Shown here piece by piece: positions 9,389-17,671 of a stretch of DNA of 64,000 bases. Each line of letters begins with the position of its first letter. The first letter of the stretch is position 1. A program made the position numbers and the translations under genes. The notes beneath the pieces are model-generated. The model had not been told where the DNA came from. It was given only the letters and a program-made list of their open reading frames with translations, and searched no databases. Source of the stretch: Clostridia bacterium (GTDB lineage: Bacteria; Bacillota; Clostridia; Christensenellales; CAG-138); the NCBI GenBank assembly GCA_016292635.1, contig JAEDIC010000001.1, positions 3,275-67,274 of the forward strand, read 5' to 3'.

Positions 9389-9976
9389 TTATTCCAGAAC
9401 ACTACCCAGCTTTTTCTTCACCCTGCTCAGAGCGTTGTCCACGGACTTGGGGGGACGGTCGATGGCCTCGGCTATCTGCTGGTAGGTAAGTCCCTCCAGG
9501 AACAGCTCGGTGACCCGGCGCTCAAGAGGAGTAAGGCGGCTTTTCACCTGCCGGCGAAGGGTTTCGGAGGTCTCCTTGGAGATGAAGGCATCCTCCGGGC
9601 CGTCGTCGGATAGCTGAAGCAGCTCGATAAGCTCCCGGTCGTCCCCAGGGGAGGTGTTATACAGGGAAATGTAGCTGTTTAGGGGCAGATGCTTCTGGCG
9701 GCGGGAGGCGTTTATGGCGCTGATTATCTGGCGGGTAACGCACATCTCCGCAAAGGAGGAAAACGCGGTGCTGCAGTCAGGCCGATAATCCCTTATTGCC
9801 TTGTACAGGCCTATCATGCCCTCCTGGATAACGTCGTCCCTGTCCGCGCCAATGAGGAAATAGGGCCGGGCTATCATGCGCACCCTGTCCTTGTATCTGT
9901 CGCAAAGCTGCTCCATGGCGGCGGCGTCGCCGGTTTGGGCGGACGCTGCCAGATGCTCGTCCCTTATTTCTGTCAT
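9389..9976 (-). CDS. sigH: RNA polymerase sporulation sigma factor SigH
   Basis: 195 aa. YFLIGADRDDVIQEGMIGLYKAIRDY, RQKHLPLNSY and SVDNALSRVKKKL closely resemble Bacillus SigH. The start overlaps the rlmB stop (ATGA at 9973-9976). Confidence 0.88.
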   Translation of the reverse strand: MTEIRDEHLAASAQTGDAAAMEQLCDRYKDRVRMIARPYFLIGADRDDVIQEGMIGLYKAIRDYRPDCSTAFSSFAEMCVTRQIISAINASRRQKHLPLNSYISLYNTSPGDDRELIELLQLSDDGPEDAFISKETSETLRRQVKSRLTPLERRVTELFLEGLTYQQIAEAIDRPPKSVDNALSRVKKKLGSVLE

Positions 9977-11061
9977 CCCTGCCTCTTCTTTTCAAACATA
10001 AGCACGGCGGCGGCAACGGCGGCGTTAAGGGAATCTATGCGGCCCGCCATGGGAATGGACACAAGAAAGTCGCATTTTTCCTTTATAAGGCGGCTTATGC
10101 CGTCTCCCTCGCTGCCTATAACAAGGCCCAGCGCCCCCTTCATGTCCGCCTTGTCCATAGCGGTTCCCGCCATATCTGCGCCGGCGATCCACAGGCCCTC
10201 GTCCTTAAGCCGGTCGATTGCGCCGCCCAGATTGGACACCCGGGCCACCTTCATGTATTCAACCGCCCCTGCGGAAGCCTTGCAGGCGGAGGCGGTGACC
10301 GAGGCGCTGCGGCGCTTGGGTATTATCACGCCATGGGCGCCGGCACATTCCGCGCTACGAATTATGGAGCCCAGATTGTGGGGGTCCTCAACGCCGTCAA
10401 GGAGTATTATGAAGGGCTTTTCCTGACGCTCCCTGGCAACGTCCAGAATATCGGATATATCGCAGTATTCCACGCCGGGCACCTGGGCGATTATGCCCTG
10501 GTGATTGCCGGGCTTGCCGCCGTGACCAAAGGGCATACACATTTCGTCCAGCTTGCTGCGGTCAACTTCCCGTATCTGAATATTTCTGTCCCGTGCAAGG
10601 TTTATTACCTCACGAAGGGAGCCGTCCAGCTCCTTTATCACCAGAATACGGTCTATGCTGCGTCCGCTCTTTACCGCCTCGCGAACGGCGTTTCTGCCCA
10701 TTACGATATAGGGCAGCTGATCCTCCGCATAGGGATTGGGCTGTTCAAGGGCGGGACCGTCCTGATAGCGCTCCTGCTTTTTGTCCTTATAGGGCTTTTC
10801 AGAATCGCAGTTCTTCTTATGGGGCTTGTCGGAATCATAGCCCTTTTTGCCGTAGGAGCGGTCGTAGGGCCTGTCGGAATTGTAGTCCTTTTTATAGGGT
10901 CTGTCCGAATCATAGCCCTTTTTGTCGTAGGAGCGGTCGTAGGGCTTGTCCGAGTTGCGCTTTTTATATGGCTTGTCTCCATAGTTTCCGCCGCCCCTTC
11001 GGCTCATGTCCCTTTCAAAATCCTTCTGACCGTAGCCGCTTTTGTTATCCCTGAACGCCAT
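9973..11061 (-). CDS. rlmB: 23S rRNA 2'-O-methyltransferase RlmB (SpoU/TrmH family) with a repeat-rich N-terminal extension
   Basis: 362 aa. The C-terminal 250 aa is SpoU-like (ILLDGVEDPHNLGSIIRSAECAGAHGVI, SLNAAVAAAVLMFE). The N-terminal ~100 aa consists of DKPY/DRPY repeats. Confidence 0.85.
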   Translation of the reverse strand: MAFRDNKSGYGQKDFERDMSRRGGGNYGDKPYKKRNSDKPYDRSYDKKGYDSDRPYKKDYNSDRPYDRSYGKKGYDSDKPHKKNCDSEKPYKDKKQERYQDGPALEQPNPYAEDQLPYIVMGRNAVREAVKSGRSIDRILVIKELDGSLREVINLARDRNIQIREVDRSKLDEMCMPFGHGGKPGNHQGIIAQVPGVEYCDISDILDVARERQEKPFIILLDGVEDPHNLGSIIRSAECAGAHGVIIPKRRSASVTASACKASAGAVEYMKVARVSNLGGAIDRLKDEGLWIAGADMAGTAMDKADMKGALGLVIGSEGDGISRLIKEKCDFLVSIPMAGRIDSLNAAVAAAVLMFEKKRQG

Positions 11062-11083
11062 TTTTGGATATATCCTCCATGTA

Positions 11084-11530
11084 TTATTCTTCGCTTTGTA
11101 TAGAGAGCATTTCGCCCATCAGCCGGTCAAGGCGCTCGTCCTCACCCTTTAGATAAAGATATCCCAGCAGGGCTTCAAGGCCCGTTGCCGCACGGTAATC
11201 CGACATTTGCGCATGCTTTGGCACGGTGCCCATGTGGCTGTTTCGCCCGCGGCGGAAAATGTACTGCTCATCCTCGCTTAATGTGGGCAGTATCCGCTGC
11301 AGGGCCTCTGCCTGTGCCTTGGCGCATACCCGCTTTGAGGCCATAAGGTGCAGGCCGTGGGCGGTGGCGTCTCTGGTGAGCACCAGGTTTGTTCTCACAT
11401 AAAGGTCGTATACCGTATCCCCGATATACGCCAGCACCAATGGGTTAAGCAGCCTGGGCTCCTTCACATCCCGGCCCAGAGCGGCGGAAATCCTGCCTAT
11501 TAAGCTTTCCTTAAAAACTTTATTATTCAT
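11084..11530 (-). CDS. mrnC: mini-ribonuclease 3
   Basis: 148 aa. LAYIGDTVYDLYVR and ATGLEALLGYLYL motifs, in the conserved mrnC-rlmB-sigH order known from Bacillus. Confidence 0.85.
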   Translation of the reverse strand: MNNKVFKESLIGRISAALGRDVKEPRLLNPLVLAYIGDTVYDLYVRTNLVLTRDATAHGLHLMASKRVCAKAQAEALQRILPTLSEDEQYIFRRGRNSHMGTVPKHAQMSDYRAATGLEALLGYLYLKGEDERLDRLMGEMLSIQSEE

Positions 11531-11558
11531 CTATTGTATTATATAGGCAAAATCCCCT

Positions 11559-12248
11559 TTAGTCCAGCCCATTCCCGGCAAGATAGCCGTATACCCCCTC
11601 CGCTATGGCCTTCGCAAGAATTTTTTGATGGGCAGGGTCCTGAAGGAGCTTTACATCCTCGCTGTTTGAAAGAAAGCCGCACTCCACCAGCACCGCCACA
11701 GGTTTGCTTTCCCGTATAACGTAATAGTCCGCCGGATTGGCAAGGCGCGTAGGAGCGCCTATGGCGGCGGTAACGCTGTCTATCACGGTTTTGGCAAGCT
11801 TCTGCCCCTCCTCGCTGCCCTCCATATAAAAGGCCATGGGCCCATGAACGGAGCAGTCGGTAAACTTATTCATATGTATGCTTACCACCGCATCCACATC
11901 CCCCCGGTTCATTATGCTGCGGCGGGCCGCCATATCCGCTTTCTTTCCATCCGCAAGGGCGTTATCGTCCTCCCGTGTGAGTATCACCCCCATGCCCAGC
12001 GCTTCAAGCTCCCCCTTAAGCAGCTTTGACACCGTAAGGTTCAGCCCCGCCTCCGTAACTCCATCCGAACTTACCGCGCCACCGTCCGCTCCTCCGTGGC
12101 CCGGATCCACCACAACGGTGAATTTTCCGTCGGCCGCGGCGGGTATGCTTTCCGGTGAAAATACTGCGCCCAGTAATATAACCAGCAATCCGGCAGCCAA
12201 AACCCGCACCCTGTTTAAAATTCGCCTGCATTCCCCGCTAAGCTTCAT
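11559..12248 (-). CDS. cwlD: N-acetylmuramoyl-L-alanine amidase, CwlD-like (germination-specific)
   Basis: Start is MKLSGE at 12248, after AGGGGGTGATAAT. N-terminal TM helix, with Amidase_3 motifs VVVDPGHGGADGGA, VSIHMN and VLVECGFLSN. Confidence 0.8.
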   Translation of the reverse strand: MKLSGECRRILNRVRVLAAGLLVILLGAVFSPESIPAAADGKFTVVVDPGHGGADGGAVSSDGVTEAGLNLTVSKLLKGELEALGMGVILTREDDNALADGKKADMAARRSIMNRGDVDAVVSIHMNKFTDCSVHGPMAFYMEGSEEGQKLAKTVIDSVTAAIGAPTRLANPADYYVIRESKPVAVLVECGFLSNSEDVKLLQDPAHQKILAKAIAEGVYGYLAGNGLD

Positions 12249-12660
12249 ATTATCACCCCCTGTGACTATATGCGCCAAAAGCCGTGCTTATTACCAATTT
12301 AACATTTTGGGGCAATCCCGTCATTTGATATTTCATTTTTGAACGGCTTTTTCACTTGTCCTTCATTTCATTCATTGAATATGCAGTGTATATTCGCACC
12401 ATCTATCCACACTTTCAACATACTTATCAACATTTTGATCGCCAAAAACCCCCTTATGAAGCCTGTCCGCTGCTTTTTCCAACATTTGCATACCCACATA
12501 TGCCCATTCATTCTCCGTGTATATTAGTAACCGTGTTCCTATTTATGGAGCTTATAGCCGCCTGTTTTTTTGCAGCTTCCGCCATTGCAAACTGCTATGG
12601 CTTATTCGGCGTTTTTTTCTTGACACGCCCCCTGTCAATACTATCCTTAAAAAGTCTTAA

Positions 12661-12697
12661 AATAAAAAAAGAAACGGATTTTCGTCCGTTTCTTTTT
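12661..12697. terminator. intrinsic terminator after rplL
   Basis: GAAACGGA-ttttcg-TCCGTTTC, flanked by an A-run and a T-run. Confidence 0.8.
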
Positions 12698-12716
12698 GAA
12701 AGTATTACGGATGTAA

Positions 12717-13088
12717 TTACTTGATCTCGCAGACGGCGCCAACTTCCTTGAAAGCGGCAACGAGCTTCTCGGCGGCTTCCTTGTCGATGCCTTCCTTGAG
12801 GGGCTTGGGAGCGTTGTCAACAACTTCCTTAGCTTCCTTAAGGCCCAGGCCGGTGGTCTCACGAACAACCTTGATGACCTTGATCTTCTCGGGGCCCACG
12901 TCCTTGAGGATTACGTCGAACTCGGTCTTCTCTTCAACATCGGCAGCGGCGGCAACGGGGCCGGCAACTGCTACGGCGGTAGCGGCAGCGGATACGCCAA
13001 ACTCTTCCTCCAGGGCCTTTACCAGCTCGGAGAGCTCCAGAACGGTCATGGCTTTGATATCTTCAATAAACTGTTCCTTGTTAAACAT
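12717..13088 (-). CDS. rplL: 50S ribosomal protein L7/L12
   Basis: 123 aa. [20 protein letters not shown] and [12 protein letters not shown] motifs. Confidence 0.97.
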   Translation of the reverse strand: MFNKEQFIEDIKAMTVLELSELVKALEEEFGVSAAATAVAVAGPVAAAADVEEKTEFDVILKDVGPEKIKVIKVVRETTGLGLKEAKEVVDNAPKPLKEGIDKEAAEKLVAAFKEVGAVCEIK

Positions 13089-13148
13089 TGTGTTTTCCTC
13101 CTGTAAAAATTTTGATTGATTTAGTAGTTGATTACGCAGCCTGTAAAC

Positions 13149-13658
13149 TTACTCGGCAGCGGACTCGCCCTTCTTGGCGATCTGGTCCAGTACGATTGCC
13201 AGCCCGGAAACGGGGGACAGCATGCTGCCCAGCATCCTTGCAAGGAGAACCTCGCGGGAGGGCAGGTCAGCCAGGGTGTTCATCTCGGCGGCGCTGGATA
13301 CTGCGCCGTTGATGAGACCGCCCTTGATCTCGCACTTCTTGTACTTCTTGATGGCTTCCTTCAGCACCTTTGCAGGAGCAACGGCGTCTTCAACGCCGAA
13401 AGCAAAGGCGGAGGGGCCTTTCAACATCTCGCAGAAGCTCTCATCGATGCCGGCGGCCTTGGCTGCGCGCTCTACGATACCGTTCTTAAGAACTACGTAT
13501 TCCACGCCTGCCTTGCGCATATCGCTGCGGAGATTGGTAACCTCCTCGGCATTGAGTCCGCAATAGTCGAACACTACCAGAGACTGGGCAGCCTGGATCT
13601 TGGAAGCAACTTCCTCAACCTGAGCGGCCTTTGCCTGTATGTTCTGGATGTTTGCCAT
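13149..13658 (-). CDS. rplJ: 50S ribosomal protein L10
   Basis: 169 aa. The sequence and its position upstream of rplL are canonical. Confidence 0.97.
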   Translation of the reverse strand: MANIQNIQAKAAQVEEVASKIQAAQSLVVFDYCGLNAEEVTNLRSDMRKAGVEYVVLKNGIVERAAKAAGIDESFCEMLKGPSAFAFGVEDAVAPAKVLKEAIKKYKKCEIKGGLINGAVSSAAEMNTLADLPSREVLLARMLGSMLSPVSGLAIVLDQIAKKGESAAE

Positions 13659-13805
13659 GGTTTCACCTCCTGTTAGAATAAGAAAAAATCCTCCGCCGCA
13701 AGACAGAGGACGAAAAAGCGCATATAAACTAAGCTCTTATTCATCGCCTCGGCAGGATTTACGCTTGCGCTACCGGCTGTCTTGGGCAATAATTTTTGAT
13801 TTCCA
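13659..13805 (-). promoter_or_regulatory. candidate ribosomal protein L10 leader (autoregulatory attenuator)
   Basis: Minus-strand leader contains AGACAGCCGGTAGCGCAAGCGTAAATCCTGCCGAGG. A CCTC..GAGG hairpin with a TTTTTT run follows, just before the rplJ RBS. Resemblance to the Firmicute L10 leader is from memory. Confidence 0.55.
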
Positions 13806-13811
13806 CGGGGC

Positions 13812-13840
13812 AGTATATCAAACCGCCCCGCAGATGTCAA
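13812..13840 (-). promoter_or_regulatory. sigma-A type promoter for rplJ-rplL
   Basis: Minus strand reads TTGACA (13835-13840), a 17-nt spacer, then TATACT (13812-13817). Confidence 0.6.
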
Positions 13841-14020
13841 GCAAAATTTCGCAGGAATTCCGGCGATTTTTTCGCCGCATCCCACATTTCAGGCCAAGGG
13901 CGCATATCCCTTATGCCTTTGATCCGCTTTCATCCACATATGGGGCAAAAACGGATGGATTCCCTTAGGAATCGGTCCCCCATCAAACGCATTAAGCGCT
14001 TTAGCGAAATCGCCGGGCGA

Positions 14021-14710
14021 TTAGAACTTCAGGGGGTTGAACTTTACGCCGGGGCCCATGGTGGAGGATACCACCAGGGACTTGATGTAAGCGCCCTTGG
14101 CGGCGGCGGGCTTTGCCTTGATGACCGCGTCCATAAGGGTATTCAGGTTCTCTTCCAGCTTATCAACGCCGAAAGAAGCCTTGCCTACAGGTACGTGAAC
14201 GATAGCGGTCTTGTCAACGCGATACTCAACCTTACCGGCCTTGATGTCGCTGATGGCCTTAGCCACGTCCATGGTTACGGTGCCGCTCTTGGGGTTGGGC
14301 ATGAGGCCCTTAGGACCAAGCACACGAGCGATGCGGCCAACTACGCCCATCATGTCGGGGGTAGCTACGCAAACGTCGAAGCCAAACCAGTTTTCGGTCT
14401 GGATCTTCTTTACCAGATCCTCATCGCCTACGAAATCGGCGCCGGCGTCCTGAGCTTCCTTAGCCTTGTCGCCCTTTGCGAAAACCAGCACGCGAACCTT
14501 TTTGCCGGTACCGTGAGGCAGAACTACTGCGCCGCGGACCTGCTGGTCGGCGTGACGGGGGTCAACGCCCAGACGGGCGGAAACTTCGATAGTCTCATCG
14601 AACTTAGCCTTGGCGGTAGCAAGAACCATTTCGAGACCCTCACGGGGATCGTACAGCTTCTGCTTATCGAAGGACTTTACGCTATCCTGATACTTCTTTC
14701 CATGCTTCAT
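14021..14710 (-). CDS. rplA: 50S ribosomal protein L1
   Basis: 229 aa. Canonical L1 sequence ([24 protein letters not shown]). Confidence 0.97.
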   Translation of the reverse strand: MKHGKKYQDSVKSFDKQKLYDPREGLEMVLATAKAKFDETIEVSARLGVDPRHADQQVRGAVVLPHGTGKKVRVLVFAKGDKAKEAQDAGADFVGDEDLVKKIQTENWFGFDVCVATPDMMGVVGRIARVLGPKGLMPNPKSGTVTMDVAKAISDIKAGKVEYRVDKTAIVHVPVGKASFGVDKLEENLNTLMDAVIKAKPAAAKGAYIKSLVVSSTMGPGVKFNPLKF

Positions 14711-14728
14711 ATTGAATAGCCCTCCTTC

Positions 14729-15154
14729 TTAGTCTACCACCACAACGCCCATGCTGCGGGCGGTGCCGGCTACCATGCTCATTGCAGCCTCGAGGCTTGC
14801 AGCGTTCAGATCGGGCATCTTCAGCTCCGCGATCTCCTGAACCTGTGCCTTGGTTATCTTGGCAACCTTCTGGGAATTGGGCTTGCCGGAGGCAGTCTCG
14901 ATTCCGCAGGCCTTCTTGATAAGAACGGCGGCGGGGGGAGTCTTGGTGATGAAGGTGAAGGAACGGTCCTGATAAACGGTGATAACAACGGGGATTATCA
15001 GGCCGGCCTGCTTGGCGGTCTTCTCATTGAACTCTTTGCAGAAGCCCATGATGTTTACGCCGTGCTGACCCAGAGCAGGGCCTACGGGGGGAGCGGGTGT
15101 CGCCTTACCGGCGGGGATCTGCAGCTTTATAAAGCCGGTGATCTTCTTTGCCAT
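14729..15154 (-). CDS. rplK: 50S ribosomal protein L11
   Basis: 141 aa. [28 protein letters not shown] motif. Confidence 0.97.
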   Translation of the reverse strand: MAKKITGFIKLQIPAGKATPAPPVGPALGQHGVNIMGFCKEFNEKTAKQAGLIIPVVITVYQDRSFTFITKTPPAAVLIKKACGIETASGKPNSQKVAKITKAQVQEIAELKMPDLNAASLEAAMSMVAGTARSMGVVVVD

Positions 15155-15446
15155 TTTGTAAGTTTCCTCCTAATATAATGTGGTGCGAGCGGCGCGCCAT
15201 GGCGGGCACACCTCCCACAATGCAAGCACCCGAAAGTGCATACATACGCGTTTTGCAAAAGCCCGTTGGTTTTTGCGGTATATTGCGAATTCTGCCTTTT
15301 CCCGCAGGTCACGGGCGGCATAATCCGCGGGGAACGAAAACCCTGCGGTTTTCATCCGCTCCGCCGCGCATATCGCCGGAGCCGGATTGAAATTCACGGG
15401 GCTGCGGCCCCTTCACGGTCCCCATGGGGATCATACCTGAACGGAG

Positions 15447-15965
15447 CTATATTTTTTGTACTTCTATATAGTCCAGTTCCACGGGGGTGTTGCGTCCAAA
15501 CATGGACACGGTCAGCTTTACCTTCTGGTTCTCGGGGTCCAAGGCCTCCACGGTCCCCACAAAGTTCTCCAGAGGGCCGGAGACTATGCGGACGCTCTCG
15601 CCCACCGCCACATCCAGCTTCAGCGCAATGCGCTCTACGCCCATGGCGGTAACTTCCTCATCGGTAAGAGGTATGGGCTTGGATCCGGGGCCAACAAAGC
15701 CGGTAACGCCGCGGGTGTTTCGCACAACATACCAGGTCTTGTCGTTCATGATCATCTTGACCATAACGTAGCCGGGATAGGTTTTGCGGTGGGTCACCTT
15801 GCGCTTGCCGTCCTTTATCTCAACGACTTCCTCGGTGGGATACTTGACCTCGAGTATCATATCCTGAAGGTCGCGGTTCTTTACGGTTTTTTTAAGGTCC
15901 TCGGTGACCTTATCCTCATAACCGGAATAGGTATGGGCTACATACCACTTTGCTTCCTCGGACAT
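15447..15965 (-). CDS. nusG: transcription termination/antitermination factor NusG
   Basis: 172 aa. WYVAHTYSGYEDKV NGN start and a KOW domain (GESVRIVSGPLENFVGTVE). Confidence 0.97.
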   Translation of the reverse strand: MSEEAKWYVAHTYSGYEDKVTEDLKKTVKNRDLQDMILEVKYPTEEVVEIKDGKRKVTHRKTYPGYVMVKMIMNDKTWYVVRNTRGVTGFVGPGSKPIPLTDEEVTAMGVERIALKLDVAVGESVRIVSGPLENFVGTVEALDPENQKVKLTVSMFGRNTPVELDYIEVQKI

Positions 15966-15993
15966 ACTCTCTCCTTATAGGGCAGGCTGTGCT

Positions 15994-16209
15994 TTACAGG
16001 TTGGCAAGCAGGCCAAGACCTTTGCCGAATACCAGATCCAGAACGTATATGATTATTGCCATCAGTATGATGAAGGCGATAACGGTAAGAACGTAGGATG
16101 CCAGTTCCTTCTTGGTGGGCCAGGAGAGCTTCTTGACTTCGCCGGAAACTTCCTTGAAGAACTGCCTGATGCTTACCCTGTTCTTCTTTGCGTTGGTTTC
16201 GTTTGCCAT
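15994..16209 (-). CDS. secE: preprotein translocase subunit SecE
   Basis: 71 aa. FFKEVSGEVKKLSWPTKKEL followed by a single TM helix, positioned between rpmG and nusG. Confidence 0.9.
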   Translation of the reverse strand: MANETNAKKNRVSIRQFFKEVSGEVKKLSWPTKKELASYVLTVIAFIILMAIIIYVLDLVFGKGLGLLANL

Positions 16210-16228
16210 TGTTGATTACTCCTCGTAA

Positions 16229-16378
16229 TTACTTGGATTCCTTGTGCAGGGTGTGCTTGCGGCAGAAGCGGCAGTACTTCATGAACTCGATACGATCGGG
16301 ATCGTTCTTCTTGTTTTTGAAGGTGTTGTAGTTCCTCTGCTTGCATTCGGTGCAGGCCAATGTGATCTTTACGCGCAT
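16229..16378 (-). CDS. rpmG: 50S ribosomal protein L33
   Basis: 49 aa: [64 protein letters not shown]. The 114-aa ORF in the track is an upstream over-extension. Confidence 0.95.
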   Translation of the reverse strand: MRVKITLACTECKQRNYNTFKNKKNDPDRIEFMKYCRFCRKHTLHKESK

Positions 16379-16479
16379 TTTTCTTTCTCCTTCTGTGAAT
16401 GTAAACGCAGAGCGGCTAAGCCCCGGCGCTACTGTTTTCGTACCTAAATAAACCCCCGCAAAGGGGGATACCTTAAGTA

Positions 16480-16507
16480 ATTTATCACAGAGACCGCCGT
16501 ATGTCAA
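16480..16507 (-). promoter_or_regulatory. candidate sigma-A promoter for rpmG-secE-nusG
   Basis: Minus strand reads TTGACA (16502-16507), a 16-nt spacer, then ATAAAT (16480-16485) preceded by TGTG. Confidence 0.45.
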
Positions 16508-16510
16508 TGC

Positions 16511-16540
16511 AAAAATCGCCCGAAGGGGGCGGTTTTTTGA
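16511..16540. terminator. intrinsic terminator after the 16611..17501 gene
   Basis: CGCCC-gaag-GGGGCG hairpin, flanked by an A-run and a T-run. Confidence 0.6.
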
Positions 16541-16610
16541 TATTTTTTCCCACCTTGTGTGCGGTCCCGTCAATTGTAGGCATATGTTGTGGTGGGCCGC
16601 CCGGGCAGGG

Positions 16611-17501
16611 CTACATCAAGCCGTATTTTGCATGAAGCTCGTACATCTCTCCGCTCTCCCACAGGTCGTTTATTACCATGCCTGCAATATCCGCCAGGAT
16701 GGAGTTGTCGGACGCGGTCATAACGCAGTAATCCACCGTTCCGAAGGAAAGGGACGTGGGCACTATGTCGTATTGGGTCTTTAACTGGTCAAAGTGCAGC
16801 CTGGTCAGGGCCACGCCGCCCACCTCGCCCTTCATAAGGCCTGTGATAAGGTCGTCATAGGAGGGATATGCCCGCTTTGTTATCACAAAGGAGGTATTCT
16901 CCGCCACAAAGGCGTCCACCAATGCGTCCTCGGCGCTGTTTCTAAGGGCATTATCCTGTATAAGGCCGATGGTAAAATTCTTCAGGGCAAAGGAGCTTGT
17001 GCCGCTCATTACCGCCAATATACACTCGTCGCTGTAGTAGCTTGAAGAATAATAATATGAAGGAGCCATGGAGGGGCTCATCATGGCGATCACCATATCC
17101 ACGGTGCCGTCGTCCAGCTTTGTGCTGCTGGTCATGGTGCTTACCTCCACCAGCTGCAAGCTGTTCTCCAAATCGGTCTCCGGCAGTATCCGCTCCGCAA
17201 TTCGCCTGGCCAGCGCCTGCTCAAGGCCGTCATCTCCGTTAAGGCCCGGCATATCTCTGCGTATACCCACCCTGAGCACGCCGCGCTCCTCTATTGTTTT
17301 TACCTCAGGGGTGGCCATGAGCTGGGTCTCCGTGCCCCCCACAAGCAGCAGTATTATAACCGCCAAAAGGCCCGCCCCAAACGCTATGGCTCTGCGCCAG
17401 GGCCTGCCCTCGTCTCCTATAAGGGTGAAATTCACCCGCTTGAAATTCAGCTGAAGGCGCTTTGCCCTGCGCCGCAGCCGCCTTGAGAAGCTCTCTTTCA
17501 T
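16611..17501 (-). CDS. membrane-anchored solute-binding protein (family 3 amino-acid-binding fold), orphan
   Basis: Preferred start is MKESFSRR at 17501. TM helix [19 protein letters not shown], then an SBP_bac_3-like body ([33 protein letters not shown]). No permease or ATPase gene lies adjacent. Confidence 0.65.
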   Translation of the reverse strand: MKESFSRRLRRRAKRLQLNFKRVNFTLIGDEGRPWRRAIAFGAGLLAVIILLLVGGTETQLMATPEVKTIEERGVLRVGIRRDMPGLNGDDGLEQALARRIAERILPETDLENSLQLVEVSTMTSSTKLDDGTVDMVIAMMSPSMAPSYYYSSSYYSDECILAVMSGTSSFALKNFTIGLIQDNALRNSAEDALVDAFVAENTSFVITKRAYPSYDDLITGLMKGEVGGVALTRLHFDQLKTQYDIVPTSLSFGTVDYCVMTASDNSILADIAGMVINDLWESGEMYELHAKYGLM

Positions 17502-17563
17502 GGTTATGATTATATCCCCATACCCTCTGCCTTGACAAGTAAACAATCATGCTGTCTGTTTCG

Positions 17564-17593
17564 TTGACAAAGGCACATATATAAAGGTATACT
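17564..17593 (+). promoter_or_regulatory. sigma-A type promoter for the alaS-like gene
   Basis: TTGACA (17564-17569), an 18-nt spacer, then TATACT (17588-17593). Confidence 0.5.
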
Positions 17594-17671
17594 TTATTTG
17601 TGCCAATGTGGCTTTTTATGGCTGTGACATACTGAATTCTCGTAAATCAAATTTCAAGAGAGGTATATAAT

